Assembly: GCA_035531715.1 (NCBI GenBank)
Contig: DATKSI010000028.1
Coordinates: 7,003-71,002, forward strand
Source: Candidatus Micrarchaeaceae archaeon
Lineage (GTDB): Bacteria > Chloroflexota > Dormibacteria > Aeolococcales > Bog-877
Length of the DNA: 64,000 nt
Reading direction: 5' to 3'
Numbering within the stretch: position 1 is the first letter of the stretch; every line of letters starts with the position of its first letter. Position numbers and translations under genes: made by a program. The notes beneath the pieces are model-generated. The model ran no database searches and had not been told where the DNA came from. It saw only the letters and a list, made by a program, of their open reading frames with translations. This document shows positions 39,069 to 48,089 of the stretch, one piece after another.

Positions 39069-41390
39069 TCACCGGGGGCGCCGGGCAGGCTCCGCCCAGC
39101 TCACTGGGGTCTCGGCGGGAAGCGGGTCGCGGCTGGGTGGGTTGGGCAGCAGCCGGACAGTGAAGCCATACTCGCCCGGCGTGCCGAGAACCAGAGTTCC
39201 GAGGTAGCGGTGGCTGCCGTTGGAATGCGGTTGGTCCTCCACCATCGGGGCGACGCTGGGCAGGACCAGCCGCCCGTCGGCGCCGATCGGTCCGTGCAAG
39301 AGCTCGACCTGGATGTCCTGGGAAGAGAGCGGGCCCAGCTCCACCAGCGCCTCGACGACCTTCTCCTCTCCCTCCGCGTCGGGCTCCCCGTCACCCGCGG
39401 GTGAGATCGCCCGAGCAGAAACCCGGGCCCCAGGGAAGTCGCGGCGGACCCGAGCCCACCAGGCGGACCGTTCCCGGGCGATCTGGTGGCGGTCCTGGGG
39501 GGTGAACACCGCGGCGTCGACCGCCGGCTGGTACAGGTAGCGGACGTAGTCGGCCACCATGCGCGATCCCAGCACCCACGGCCCGAGCGTTTCCAGAGAG
39601 TGCCGGACCTTGGCCAGCCAGCGATGGGGCAACCCCGCCTCATTCCGGCGGAAGAAGGTGGGGATTACCTCCCGCTCCAGAAGTTCGAAAAGACCGTCCG
39701 CCTCCAGCCGGTCACGCTCGTCCTGGTCGTCCACCTCTTCAAAGGACGGGATCGCGAAGCCTGACTCCCCGTCCCACCCTTCGTCCCACCAGCCATCGAG
39801 TATGGAGCAGTTGAGGGCGCCGCTCAGGAGCGCCTTCTGGCCACTGGTCCCGCAGGCCTCCATCGGACGCCTGGGGGTGTTGAGCCAAAGGTCAGAGCCC
39901 TGGTAGAGCAGCCGCGCCAAGCCAATGTCGTAATCCTCCAGGAAGACCACCGACAACCTGAGCTCGGGAGTCTGAGCGGCCCGGCAGAGCTCCTGGATTA
40001 TTTGCTTGCCCGGTTGGTCTTGGGGGTGGGCCTTGCCCGCGATCACCAGTTGAACCGGCCTGGCCCGATCCAGGAGCAGGCGGGCGAGCCGCTCCGGCTG
40101 CGAAAAGAGCAGCAGTGCCCGCTTGTATTCCGCCACCCGCCTGGCGAAACCGATGGTCAGCGCGCCCGGTTGAAGTGCTTCCCTGGTCCACGACGAATCC
40201 TGCTCGGAGGCGCCGCGCCGTCGCTCCGCCCACTCCAGTCGTTCTCTTACCCCGGCGATCAGGCGGAGCCGGCCGGGCTGACGAGCCTCCCAGATCTCTT
40301 GGTCAGATGCGGCCTTCAGTCGCCGCCAGTCGACGGCGCCGTGGACGTCCCAGCGCGGACCGAGGTAGCGCTCCAGCAGGTGGCGCATCTCCGGAGAGCT
40401 CCAGTTCTTGGCGTGGACCCCGTTGGTGATCGCCCTGATCGGCACCTCGTCCGGCAGCAGGTCGGGCCAGAGCCCGGCGAACATCCGCCGACTGACCGAG
40501 CTGTGGAGCTGGGAGACGGCGTTGGCCCGACCGGATAGCCGCAGCCCCATCACCGCCATATTGAACGGGTCTTCCGCTGCCTGACCCGGAAAGTGCCCCA
40601 GCTCCATCAAGCGGTCCAGGGGCACTCCGACGGCATCGCACCAGCCCTGAAAGTAACGGGCCATCAGCTCTCGCGAAAATCGGTCGATCCCCGCCGGCAC
40701 CGGGGTGTGGGTGGTGAAGATGGTCGCGGCCCGCGCCGCTTCGACCGCCTCGTCGAACTGCAGGCCCTCGGCCTCGACCAGCCGGCGGATCCGCTCGAGC
40801 ACGAGGAATCCGGCGTGACCCTCATTACTGTGGAAGAGCAGCGGGAGCTCGCCCGCGAGCTCCAGCGCCTGGACCCCACCCATCCCCAGCAGGATCTCCT
40901 GGAGCAGGCGGTGCTCGATGTCACCGCCGTAGAGCCGGTCGGTGGTCCGGCTCAGATCTTCGGAGTTGCCGACCCCGGTGGCGTCCAGCAGGTAGATCGG
41001 CACCCGATCGACCTGTTGGCGCCATACCCTCGCCCGCAGCAGCTGGCCTCCCAGGTCCAGCTCCAGGGGTCGGTCTCCAACCGGCACCAGTCCCAGTTCG
41101 CCGGGATCCTGTTCCAGGTAGCTCTCTTGCTGCCAGCCGCTCGGGTCGAGTTGCTGGTGGAAATAGCCCTGGTGGTAGAAGAGCCCCACCCCGACCAGGG
41201 GCCACCCCTCGTCGGAACACACTCGCAGATAGTCACCGGCGAGCACCCCCAGCCCACCCGAGTACTGGGGTATCGACTCACTGACCCCGAACTCGGGCGA
41301 GAAGTAGGCGACCCGCGGCATCGATCCCGGGGCCAGGGGTCCAGCCGGGGCGGATGACTGCTCAACGCTGAACCGCTCGACGGCGCGCAC
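39069..41390 (-). CDS. glgP: Alpha-glucan (glycogen/maltodextrin) phosphorylase, GT35
   Basis: YFSPEFGVSESIPQYSGGLGVLAGDYL is the alpha-glucan phosphorylase N-terminus. The protein is 773 aa, and TSGQKALLSGALN contains the pyridoxal-phosphate Lys region. Confidence 0.9.
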   Translation of the reverse strand: MRAVERFSVEQSSAPAGPLAPGSMPRVAYFSPEFGVSESIPQYSGGLGVLAGDYLRVCSDEGWPLVGVGLFYHQGYFHQQLDPSGWQQESYLEQDPGELGLVPVGDRPLELDLGGQLLRARVWRQQVDRVPIYLLDATGVGNSEDLSRTTDRLYGGDIEHRLLQEILLGMGGVQALELAGELPLLFHSNEGHAGFLVLERIRRLVEAEGLQFDEAVEAARAATIFTTHTPVPAGIDRFSRELMARYFQGWCDAVGVPLDRLMELGHFPGQAAEDPFNMAVMGLRLSGRANAVSQLHSSVSRRMFAGLWPDLLPDEVPIRAITNGVHAKNWSSPEMRHLLERYLGPRWDVHGAVDWRRLKAASDQEIWEARQPGRLRLIAGVRERLEWAERRRGASEQDSSWTREALQPGALTIGFARRVAEYKRALLLFSQPERLARLLLDRARPVQLVIAGKAHPQDQPGKQIIQELCRAAQTPELRLSVVFLEDYDIGLARLLYQGSDLWLNTPRRPMEACGTSGQKALLSGALNCSILDGWWDEGWDGESGFAIPSFEEVDDQDERDRLEADGLFELLEREVIPTFFRRNEAGLPHRWLAKVRHSLETLGPWVLGSRMVADYVRYLYQPAVDAAVFTPQDRHQIARERSAWWARVRRDFPGARVSARAISPAGDGEPDAEGEEKVVEALVELGPLSSQDIQVELLHGPIGADGRLVLPSVAPMVEDQPHSNGSHRYLGTLVLGTPGEYGFTVRLLPNPPSRDPLPAETPVSWAEPARRPR

Positions 41391-41479
41391 GGTTACAAGG
41401 TAGCGGCAAGCTGGCGCCGGCCGCCCATTCGCTCGGCGATAGCCCGGGTGCCGGTCAGAGGCTTCGATAAGATCGCGCG

Positions 41480-42940
41480 GTGATGAGATCGGAACATCGC
41501 CCCGAAGGAGGGACCCCTGGGCAGGACCGCGCCCGTGCCTCCCACGACCACCCCCCGACCCCGGCTCTGGTGGAATTCATGACCCAAGGCTGGGACTCGC
41601 CCGGCTCCGAGGTCGCGCCCTTGATCAGCGGGGCAGCGAGCTACCGGGCCCGCCGCGAGGAGGTTTCGCAGAGCTTCCCGGGGATGTTGATCGTGGTGCC
41701 CGCAGGGATGGAGAAGATCCGGGCCAACGACACCACCTATCCCTTCCGGGCCACCACCGACTACCTCTACCTGGTCGGCGAGGCGGAGCCGGATGAGGTG
41801 CTGGTGATGGAACCGCTGCCCGGCGGCGGCCACCGGGCGAGCATCTTCACCGAGCCCGCTGCGGATTTCACCAAGAGCGACTTCTTCACCGACCGGGTGA
41901 AGGGGGTCTTCTGGGTGGGTCCGGGACGCGGGGTGAGCGGTACTGAGAGCCGGCTCGGCATCTCGGCGCGGCCGATCTCTGAACTCCCCCGGGCCATCTC
42001 CCCCTACGACCGCGGGGTTGCCCTGCGCGGCGTCGACGCCACCGTGGACCGGCTGGTATCCGACCTGGCTGGGCCCGACGACCAGCTGGTGAGCCGCCTC
42101 TCCGAGATGAGACTGATCAAGGACTCGGCCGAGATCGAGTACCTGGAGGAGGCCTGCGAGCTCACCCGGCAGGGCTTCGAAGATGTGGTCCGGGCCCTGC
42201 CCCAGGCACGGACGGAGCGGGATGTGGAGGTGGCCTTCTTCGCTCGGGCACGGTCGGCTGGGAATGACACCGGCTACCCGACGATCGCCGCCGCCGGGAG
42301 TCATGGGACGATCCTGCACTGGTCTCAGAACACTGGCGAGCTCCGCCGGGGCGAGCTCCTGCTCCTAGACGCCGGAGTGGAGACCAACCGCTACTACACG
42401 GCCGACGTGACCCGGACGATGCCGGTCGATGGCCACTTCACCCCGACCCAGCGGCGCGTCTATCAGCTGGTGTACGACGCCCAGCAAGCGGGATTCGCCG
42501 AGGTCAAACCCGGGAACGATTTTGACGCCCCCAACCGGGCCGCCATGCGAGTGCTGGCGGCCGGGCTGGAGGAGCTGGGCTTGCTCCCGGTCAGCGCTCA
42601 GGAGTCGGTGCATCCGGACAGCCAACTGCACCGACGCTACACCCTGCACTCGGTCAGCCACATGCTGGGACTGGACGTTCACGACTGCGCCAAGGCGCGC
42701 GCCGAGAACTACCGCCAAGGCAAATTGCGACCGGGGATGGTGCTGACCGTGGAGCCGGGGCTCTACTTCCAGTCTCACGACCTGACTGTGCCCGAGGAGC
42801 TCCGGGGCATCGGCGTTCGGATTGAGGACGATCTGCTGGTGACCGAGGACGGTCACCGGGTCCTGAGTGCCGGGCTACCGTCAGCCCCCGAAGACGTGGA
42901 ACGGTGGATGGCCGAGCTCTGGGCGGGCTCGGCCGGCTGA
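41480..42940 (+). CDS. pepP: Xaa-Pro aminopeptidase (M24B)
   Basis: An AMP_N region is followed by LLDAGVE..YYTADVTRT, HSVSHMLGLDVHD, VLTVEPGLY and IRIEDD metal-ligand motifs. The start is possibly internal (MTQGW...). Confidence 0.85.
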   Translation: MMRSEHRPEGGTPGQDRARASHDHPPTPALVEFMTQGWDSPGSEVAPLISGAASYRARREEVSQSFPGMLIVVPAGMEKIRANDTTYPFRATTDYLYLVGEAEPDEVLVMEPLPGGGHRASIFTEPAADFTKSDFFTDRVKGVFWVGPGRGVSGTESRLGISARPISELPRAISPYDRGVALRGVDATVDRLVSDLAGPDDQLVSRLSEMRLIKDSAEIEYLEEACELTRQGFEDVVRALPQARTERDVEVAFFARARSAGNDTGYPTIAAAGSHGTILHWSQNTGELRRGELLLLDAGVETNRYYTADVTRTMPVDGHFTPTQRRVYQLVYDAQQAGFAEVKPGNDFDAPNRAAMRVLAAGLEELGLLPVSAQESVHPDSQLHRRYTLHSVSHMLGLDVHDCAKARAENYRQGKLRPGMVLTVEPGLYFQSHDLTVPEELRGIGVRIEDDLLVTEDGHRVLSAGLPSAPEDVERWMAELWAGSAG

Positions 42941-42957
42941 CCTCTTGGAGGCCCCGC

Positions 42958-43407
42958 TCAGTCGACGCTGAGCGCCTCCACCAGGCCCTCCTGAACCCAG
43001 CTCAGCAGATGCAGCGTCGCCAAGGGTGGACGCCGATGCTCCTGGACGGTGTATTTCTCCTCCCAGCCGTCGGCCGTGATCTCGAGACGCTCGGCCAGCG
43101 CCAGCCGGAGCAGGTTCAGCGCCCGCAGCCAGGCCATCGCCTGGTCCGACGAGAGCAGGATCCGCGCCTCTCCCTCCAGCGCTTCGCGAACCTGGGTCAG
43201 GTCGGCGGCTCGAGAATCGGCCAGATCGGTGCCCACCAGCCGCTGGAACTCCGCCTCATCCTCATCCTCCTGATAGGCGCGGGGGTGGGCCCAGCGGGAG
43301 TGGTCGATCAGCGGCTCCAACCGCTCGAGGATCTGCCGCAGCGCTCGCCGCTCGCCCCGGCTCATCCGCAGATAGACGAGCTCGCCCTGCCGGCTGATCT
43401 GGGCCAA
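42958..43407 (-). CDS. DUF2017 domain protein
   Basis: 149-aa acidic protein immediately downstream of clpS (2-nt gap), which is the arrangement characteristic of actinobacterial DUF2017. Confidence 0.6.
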   Translation of the reverse strand: MAQISRQGELVYLRMSRGERRALRQILERLEPLIDHSRWAHPRAYQEDEDEAEFQRLVGTDLADSRAADLTQVREALEGEARILLSSDQAMAWLRALNLLRLALAERLEITADGWEEKYTVQEHRRPPLATLHLLSWVQEGLVEALSVD

Positions 43408-43409
43408 GC

Positions 43410-43706
43410 TCAGTCGCGGGCCAAGGTCGCCTGCAGGCCGTGGGCGTGGAGCTGGGCCACGGCCACTTCGGCGCGCTCCCGCGGTTCGGTGGCGACCACC
43501 GCCTTACCCTCGTTGTGGACCTGAAGCATGAGGCGGGTGGCCGTGGTCAGGTCGTACCCGAACAGGCGGCGGAAGACGAAGACGACATAGCTCATCAGGG
43601 TGACCGGGTCATTCCAGACGACCACCTGCCAGGGACGGTCGCGGCGGTCGCTTGTGCTGCGGGCGGCGCCGGTTTCCTTGACCGCGAGCTCGTTGATCGC
43701 ACTCAC
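43410..43706 (-). CDS. clpS: ATP-dependent Clp protease adaptor ClpS
   Basis: [27 protein letters not shown]...[16 protein letters not shown] is the ClpS core motif. Confidence 0.9.
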   Translation of the reverse strand: MSAINELAVKETGAARSTSDRRDRPWQVVVWNDPVTLMSYVVFVFRRLFGYDLTTATRLMLQVHNEGKAVVATEPRERAEVAVAQLHAHGLQATLARD

Positions 43707-43736
43707 CGGTCACTACGGTAGCGCGCCGACCCGCGA

Positions 43737-44711
43737 TTGGCATTCCCGATGCAGCGGACCGGTCGGGGAGGCTCCGCGCCATCCTTTACCCTGATCGGAA
43801 TGCAAGGTGCTGTCCGAGCCCTCGTCCGAACCAGAACCGGTCGCCGCCAATGGAACCCTCGCAGGACGCTGGGATGGGGGCTGGGGTTGGGCCTGGCGGC
43901 CACGCTGGCCGGTTGCGGCGGCACCCCTCTCAGCAGCGCCGACCCCGGGGTGGGCTGCTCGGTCACGGTCCTGATCCCCAGCTCCGGTAGGACGCTGCTG
44001 GGCAGCGTGGTGGCAACGGTGGGACGCCGCAGCTACCAGTTCGCCCGCAACATCAACACCATCGCCGTCAGTTGTGGTGACCAGGCGACCCTGGCGGCCA
44101 CCGCCTCCGACCCCTCGCTCCACCCCTTCACCCACTGGACGTTGCCCGGGGCGACCAGCCCATCCCGGATGGTCACCGTGACGGTGGATGGTCCGGTCTC
44201 CCTCCAGCCTGGCTTCCTGATCCCCCGGACGGCGGCGGCGTCCTCGCCGACTCCCACGCCTAAAGTCACCCCGACCCCATCGATCACCCCTGCCAGCGTG
44301 ACCCTCGATCAGTGGGTCTCCTACGACGAGGCCAGTAAGACGGTGACCTGGAGGTTGATCGCCGGCGCCCCGGCGGTGAACCTCGGCCTCAATTTCGATG
44401 GATATGACAAAGGAGCGATGACCGTCACCGTCCCCGTCGGGTGGAAAGTCACCGTCGACTTCAGCAACCAGGGCAGCATCAACCACTCCGCGGCGGTGGT
44501 GACGGCGACCGGGACCACCCCCGTCTTCCCCGGCGCCGAAACTCCGACCCCCCTCGATGGCACGGCCCCCGGCCAAACCGTCTCCTTCACCTTCGTGGCC
44601 AACCAGTCGGGGAGCTATCGGGTTTCCTGCCTCGTCCCCGGTCACGCGGCGAAGGGGATGTGGGTGGGCTTGGTGATCGCCAGCGGCGGGCTCCCCACAG
44701 TCCAGCTCTGA
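43737..44711 (+). CDS. Lipoprotein with C-terminal sulfocyanin-like type-1 copper (cupredoxin) domain
   Basis: Has a lipobox LAGC and a C-terminal FSNQGSINHS...CLVPGHAAKGMW. The Cys-x4-His-x4-Met-Trp spacing is the same as I recall for sulfocyanin (C..xGH....GMW). Confidence 0.6.
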   Translation: MAFPMQRTGRGGSAPSFTLIGMQGAVRALVRTRTGRRQWNPRRTLGWGLGLGLAATLAGCGGTPLSSADPGVGCSVTVLIPSSGRTLLGSVVATVGRRSYQFARNINTIAVSCGDQATLAATASDPSLHPFTHWTLPGATSPSRMVTVTVDGPVSLQPGFLIPRTAAASSPTPTPKVTPTPSITPASVTLDQWVSYDEASKTVTWRLIAGAPAVNLGLNFDGYDKGAMTVTVPVGWKVTVDFSNQGSINHSAAVVTATGTTPVFPGAETPTPLDGTAPGQTVSFTFVANQSGSYRVSCLVPGHAAKGMWVGLVIASGGLPTVQL

Positions 44712-44723
44712 TATTCGAAGCCA

Positions 44724-45707
44724 GTGAACGAATCCACCATGCGAGCGGCGGTCATCGATCAGCTGGGGAAGGGCCCCACCTACGGTGAGACCGCTCGACC
44801 AATCGCCGGACCGGGGCAGGCGCTGGTGCGGGTGCTGGCAGCTGCGCTCAACCCGGTCGATCTCCGGCTCGCCACGGGCGGCCACCAAGGCGTGGTTCCG
44901 TCGGTTCCCTACGTCCCGGGCTCCGAGGGGGTGGGGATCGTCGTTGTGGGCGCAGCCGACCTGAAGGGCAAGCGGGTCCGTTTCCAGGCCGGGGGCAGCT
45001 CCGGCGGAGGGCTTGCGGAGTGGGTCACGGTCGACGCGGCCACCTGCCTCCCCTTGCCCGACAAACTTCCGGAGGTGACCGCCGCCGGACTGGGGGTGGC
45101 CGGGATGGCGGCCTGGATCCCCCTGGTGGACAAGGTCCAGCTGCAACGCGGCGAGCGGGTGCTGATCCTGGGAGCCACCGGCATCGTCGGTCAGGTGGCA
45201 GTCCAGATCGCCAAGTTGCTCGGCGCTGGGCGGATCGTGGCAGCGGGGCGGAATCTGCAGGTGCTCACTCACACGCTGGAGCTGGGCGCCGACGCAGTGG
45301 TGGCCATCTCCGGACAGAATGCGGACCAGCTGCGGGACGAATTCGCGGCCGCGGCCCGAGGACCGCTCGATGTGGTCTTCGACCCGGTCTGGGGACTACC
45401 GCTGGAGGCGGCGCTGGGAGCGGTCGGCCCCTCGGCCAGGATCATCAACGTGGGCCAAAGTGCGGGCGACGACGCCACGCTCAAATCATCGATCGTGCGC
45501 GGACGCCAGCTGACGATCATCGGCCATACCAATCCCAACACCAGCTGGGAGTTGCGGGCGCAGGCCTTCCGCGAGCTGGCGGACCATGCTGTCGCAGGCC
45601 GGATCCGGTTCGCGACCGAGGAGCTGCCGCTGAGCGAGATCGCCAAGGCCTGGAAGCGACAAGCCGCCTCTCCCCACGTCAAGCTGGTGCTGCGGCCGGC
45701 TCCCTGA
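44724..45707 (+). CDS. Quinone oxidoreductase / zinc-binding dehydrogenase (MDR, zeta-crystallin-like)
   Basis: MRAAVIDQ...ALVRVLAAALNPVDL and VLILGATGIVGQVAVQIAKLLGA form the Rossmann region. Confidence 0.8.
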   Translation: MNESTMRAAVIDQLGKGPTYGETARPIAGPGQALVRVLAAALNPVDLRLATGGHQGVVPSVPYVPGSEGVGIVVVGAADLKGKRVRFQAGGSSGGGLAEWVTVDAATCLPLPDKLPEVTAAGLGVAGMAAWIPLVDKVQLQRGERVLILGATGIVGQVAVQIAKLLGAGRIVAAGRNLQVLTHTLELGADAVVAISGQNADQLRDEFAAAARGPLDVVFDPVWGLPLEAALGAVGPSARIINVGQSAGDDATLKSSIVRGRQLTIIGHTNPNTSWELRAQAFRELADHAVAGRIRFATEELPLSEIAKAWKRQAASPHVKLVLRPAP

Positions 45708-45837
45708 CCGGCACCGCAGCGGCGGGACGGCGGACCAAATCAGGGCTACTGCTGCAAACCGGAGTACGGTCAACCTGAACCCGCCCCAGATCCTCCCCAC
45801 CAGCATCCGCGAAGGCCTCGCCCCCGGGATCTCATAT

Positions 45838-46473
45838 TTGATCGAGGGCGAGCTGGTGCCGATGCTCCACTGCAGCCTGGATGGCTCGATGCCGGTCTAC
45901 TTCGAGCACCATGTTGTGCTCTGGAAGGAACCCGCGGTCACCATCAAGCTGAAGGCGGTCAAAGGAGTGGTCCGCCGGCTCGTCGCGGGGCGACAGCTCT
46001 TCCTCACCGAAGCCAAGGGTCGGGGCGACATCGCCTTTTCTAGGGACGCTCCGGGGCATGTATTCCCGCTCGAGCTCCCCCGCGGCGCGACCATCCTGGC
46101 CCGCGAGCACCAGTTCTTAGCCGCCACCGGATCGGTCCGCTACAGCACCAGCCACCTGCGTGGACTGAGCAACAACCTCTTCGGCAACAGCGGATTCTGG
46201 GTGGACCGCTTCGAGGCCCGCGACGGCGACGGCGTCGTCTGGTTGCACGGCTTCGGCAACGTCTTCGAGAAGGTCCTGGAAGAGGGAGAAGAGATCGACG
46301 TGGAGCCGGGGGGGTGGGTCTACATGGATCCCGATGTCCGGATGCGGCCTGCGGTCTACGGCCTCCGCACCGGGCTCTTCGCCGGGGTAGGCGAGCTCGT
46401 ATTCAACCGTTTCCGTGGACCGGGACGGGTGGGGATCCAGACCATGTACTGGCACCTTCCGACGGCGGAATGA
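45838..46473 (+). CDS. AIM24 family (DUF124/TIGR00266) protein
   Basis: GELVPMLHCSLDG..VYFEHHVVLWKEP and the C-terminal FNRFRGPGRVGIQT are typical of AIM24. It uses a TTG start. Confidence 0.75.
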   Translation: MIEGELVPMLHCSLDGSMPVYFEHHVVLWKEPAVTIKLKAVKGVVRRLVAGRQLFLTEAKGRGDIAFSRDAPGHVFPLELPRGATILAREHQFLAATGSVRYSTSHLRGLSNNLFGNSGFWVDRFEARDGDGVVWLHGFGNVFEKVLEEGEEIDVEPGGWVYMDPDVRMRPAVYGLRTGLFAGVGELVFNRFRGPGRVGIQTMYWHLPTAE

Positions 46474-46695
46474 GGTTGGTAGTTCACTCAGTGCTCCGAC
46501 TCGCCTTGGAGACATCTCTGCGCTTCGCGGCGACGCGCCCGGCCAGGGACGACGACCGGCTTCTCATTTCCGGAGCGTCAGTGGGGAGGAGACAGGTGGG
46601 GATTTGGGCTCGGTGGATCAAGCCAGCGTGCCGATCTACGTGGGCGCAAATCTCGGACTGGCCGATCCCGTGACCGCGCCGGACCAGCCCTGTCA

Positions 46696-47508
46696 ATGCA
46701 GCGCCCGGCGCCACGACTGCGTTTTCATCGCCGTCAAGGCGTGACCTTACCCGGGGAGCGGTACCCCGGCAGGGCCGTGCGCGATCCGCTCAACGCCCCC
46801 AGCCAAGTGCTCCGCGACGCAGAGATCTCGCTCAGTTGGCGGGTGGGACTTGCGGCTGCTGCGCTGCACCACCAGGACCGATCCCTGGTCGAACTCGAGC
46901 TCGGACTATTCGGAGTCTTCGACGGGGTCGGTGCCTTCGCCAGAAGCGGCGAGGCCGCGCAGGTCGCCGCCGAAGTGATCGGGACGGTCTGCCGGGTCGG
47001 CGATCGGCCGCCGGGTGAGGCGCTGGTGGCTGGCTGCGAGCAGGCGGAAACGCTGATCAGGGAGCGGGCTTTGGGCGCCACTACCGCCGCCGTGGTCTGG
47101 GTGGCGGGCCCCGTGCTCTGGTACGTGTCAGTGGGCGACTCGCGGCTCTACCACCAGCCGGCTCAGGCGGCCTCCCTCACTCAGGTGACCACGGACGAAG
47201 GCGAGGGCAACATTCTGTTCAACGCCCTCGGCGAGGGTCCGGATCGCTTTGATTCGCCGGTGGTCGCCCAGCACGGAGCGATCTCACTCGGGGCGGGCGA
47301 CAAGCTGGTGCTGGTGACCGACGGGGTAACCGGCGATTTCCGACCCGATCTCCTCACGGCAGGAGAGCTCACCTCGGCGATTCAAACCGATGACCCGCAG
47401 TCGGCCGCAGAGCGGCTGCTGGAGATCGCGCGCAAGCGAGACGATCGAAGCGCCCTGGTGATCTTTATAGACCGAGATGAGCCTGACGGGAGAAGCTGGG
47501 AGCCATAA
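46696..47508 (+). CDS. PP2C-family Ser/Thr protein phosphatase
   Basis: LFGVFDGVGAF, VSVGDSRLY and LVLVTDGV are PP2C metal-binding Asp motifs. Confidence 0.8.
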   Translation: MQRPAPRLRFHRRQGVTLPGERYPGRAVRDPLNAPSQVLRDAEISLSWRVGLAAAALHHQDRSLVELELGLFGVFDGVGAFARSGEAAQVAAEVIGTVCRVGDRPPGEALVAGCEQAETLIRERALGATTAAVVWVAGPVLWYVSVGDSRLYHQPAQAASLTQVTTDEGEGNILFNALGEGPDRFDSPVVAQHGAISLGAGDKLVLVTDGVTGDFRPDLLTAGELTSAIQTDDPQSAAERLLEIARKRDDRSALVIFIDRDEPDGRSWEP

Positions 47509-47524
47509 TGACTCGCCAGTGGCG

Positions 47525-47953
47525 ATGACCACCAATCTGCAGCAGCGGTTTCTTGACTTCCACAGCTGGGTGTATCAGCGGTCGCGTGGCCTGGTTGGTC
47601 ACCACGTGATCGGAGTCTCAACGCTCCTGCTGGAGACCACCGGCAGGCGCAGCGGCACCCGCCGCACCAGCGCCCTGGTCTACGCTCGGGATGCCGCCAA
47701 CTTTGTCCTCGTCGCCTCCAATGGCGGATCGGACCAGCCGCCCGCCTGGCTGAGCAACCTGCTGGCTCGCCCCGAGGTGCAGGTCCAGGTCGCCCGCCAC
47801 CGGCAGAGTGCACGCGCGATGGTTCTGAGGCCTGGTGACGAGGAGTACGCGCGCCTCTGGAGCCTGGTGAACCAGCACAACCACCACCGCTACGAGGGCT
47901 ACCAGGCCCTGACCAAGCGGCCCCTGCCCCTGGTCGTGCTGACTCCCCGGTGA
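47525..47953 (+). CDS. Deazaflavin(F420)-dependent nitroreductase family (Ddn-like) oxidoreductase
   Basis: LLLETTGRRSGTRRTSALVYARD...LVASNGGSDQPPAWLSNLLARPEV is the Ddn-family signature. ATG at 47525 is preferred over the track start. Confidence 0.8.
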   Translation: MTTNLQQRFLDFHSWVYQRSRGLVGHHVIGVSTLLLETTGRRSGTRRTSALVYARDAANFVLVASNGGSDQPPAWLSNLLARPEVQVQVARHRQSARAMVLRPGDEEYARLWSLVNQHNHHRYEGYQALTKRPLPLVVLTPR

Positions 47954-48089
47954 GCGCTACCGGTCGCCAGGGGCCCGGGCATCGCGCCTGGCTCCGCCCG
48001 CCGGAGAACGGTACCGGCTAACCTACCTCGGGGCGGGATGGCACGCAGGGCCCCCGTGGGCCCGTGACGACTCGGCGAGGAGGTTGGCA

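Noticed and set aside
46470-46673. A 67-codon ORF whose ATG overlaps the AIM24 stop (ATGA), lying between AIM24 and PP2C.
   Set aside because: Its third-position GC (about 70%) is clearly below that of neighbouring genes. The sequence (MRLVVHSVLRLALETSLRFAATRPARDDD...) matches nothing I know. The coupling motif alone is insufficient, so it is left uncalled but is worth a tblastn check.
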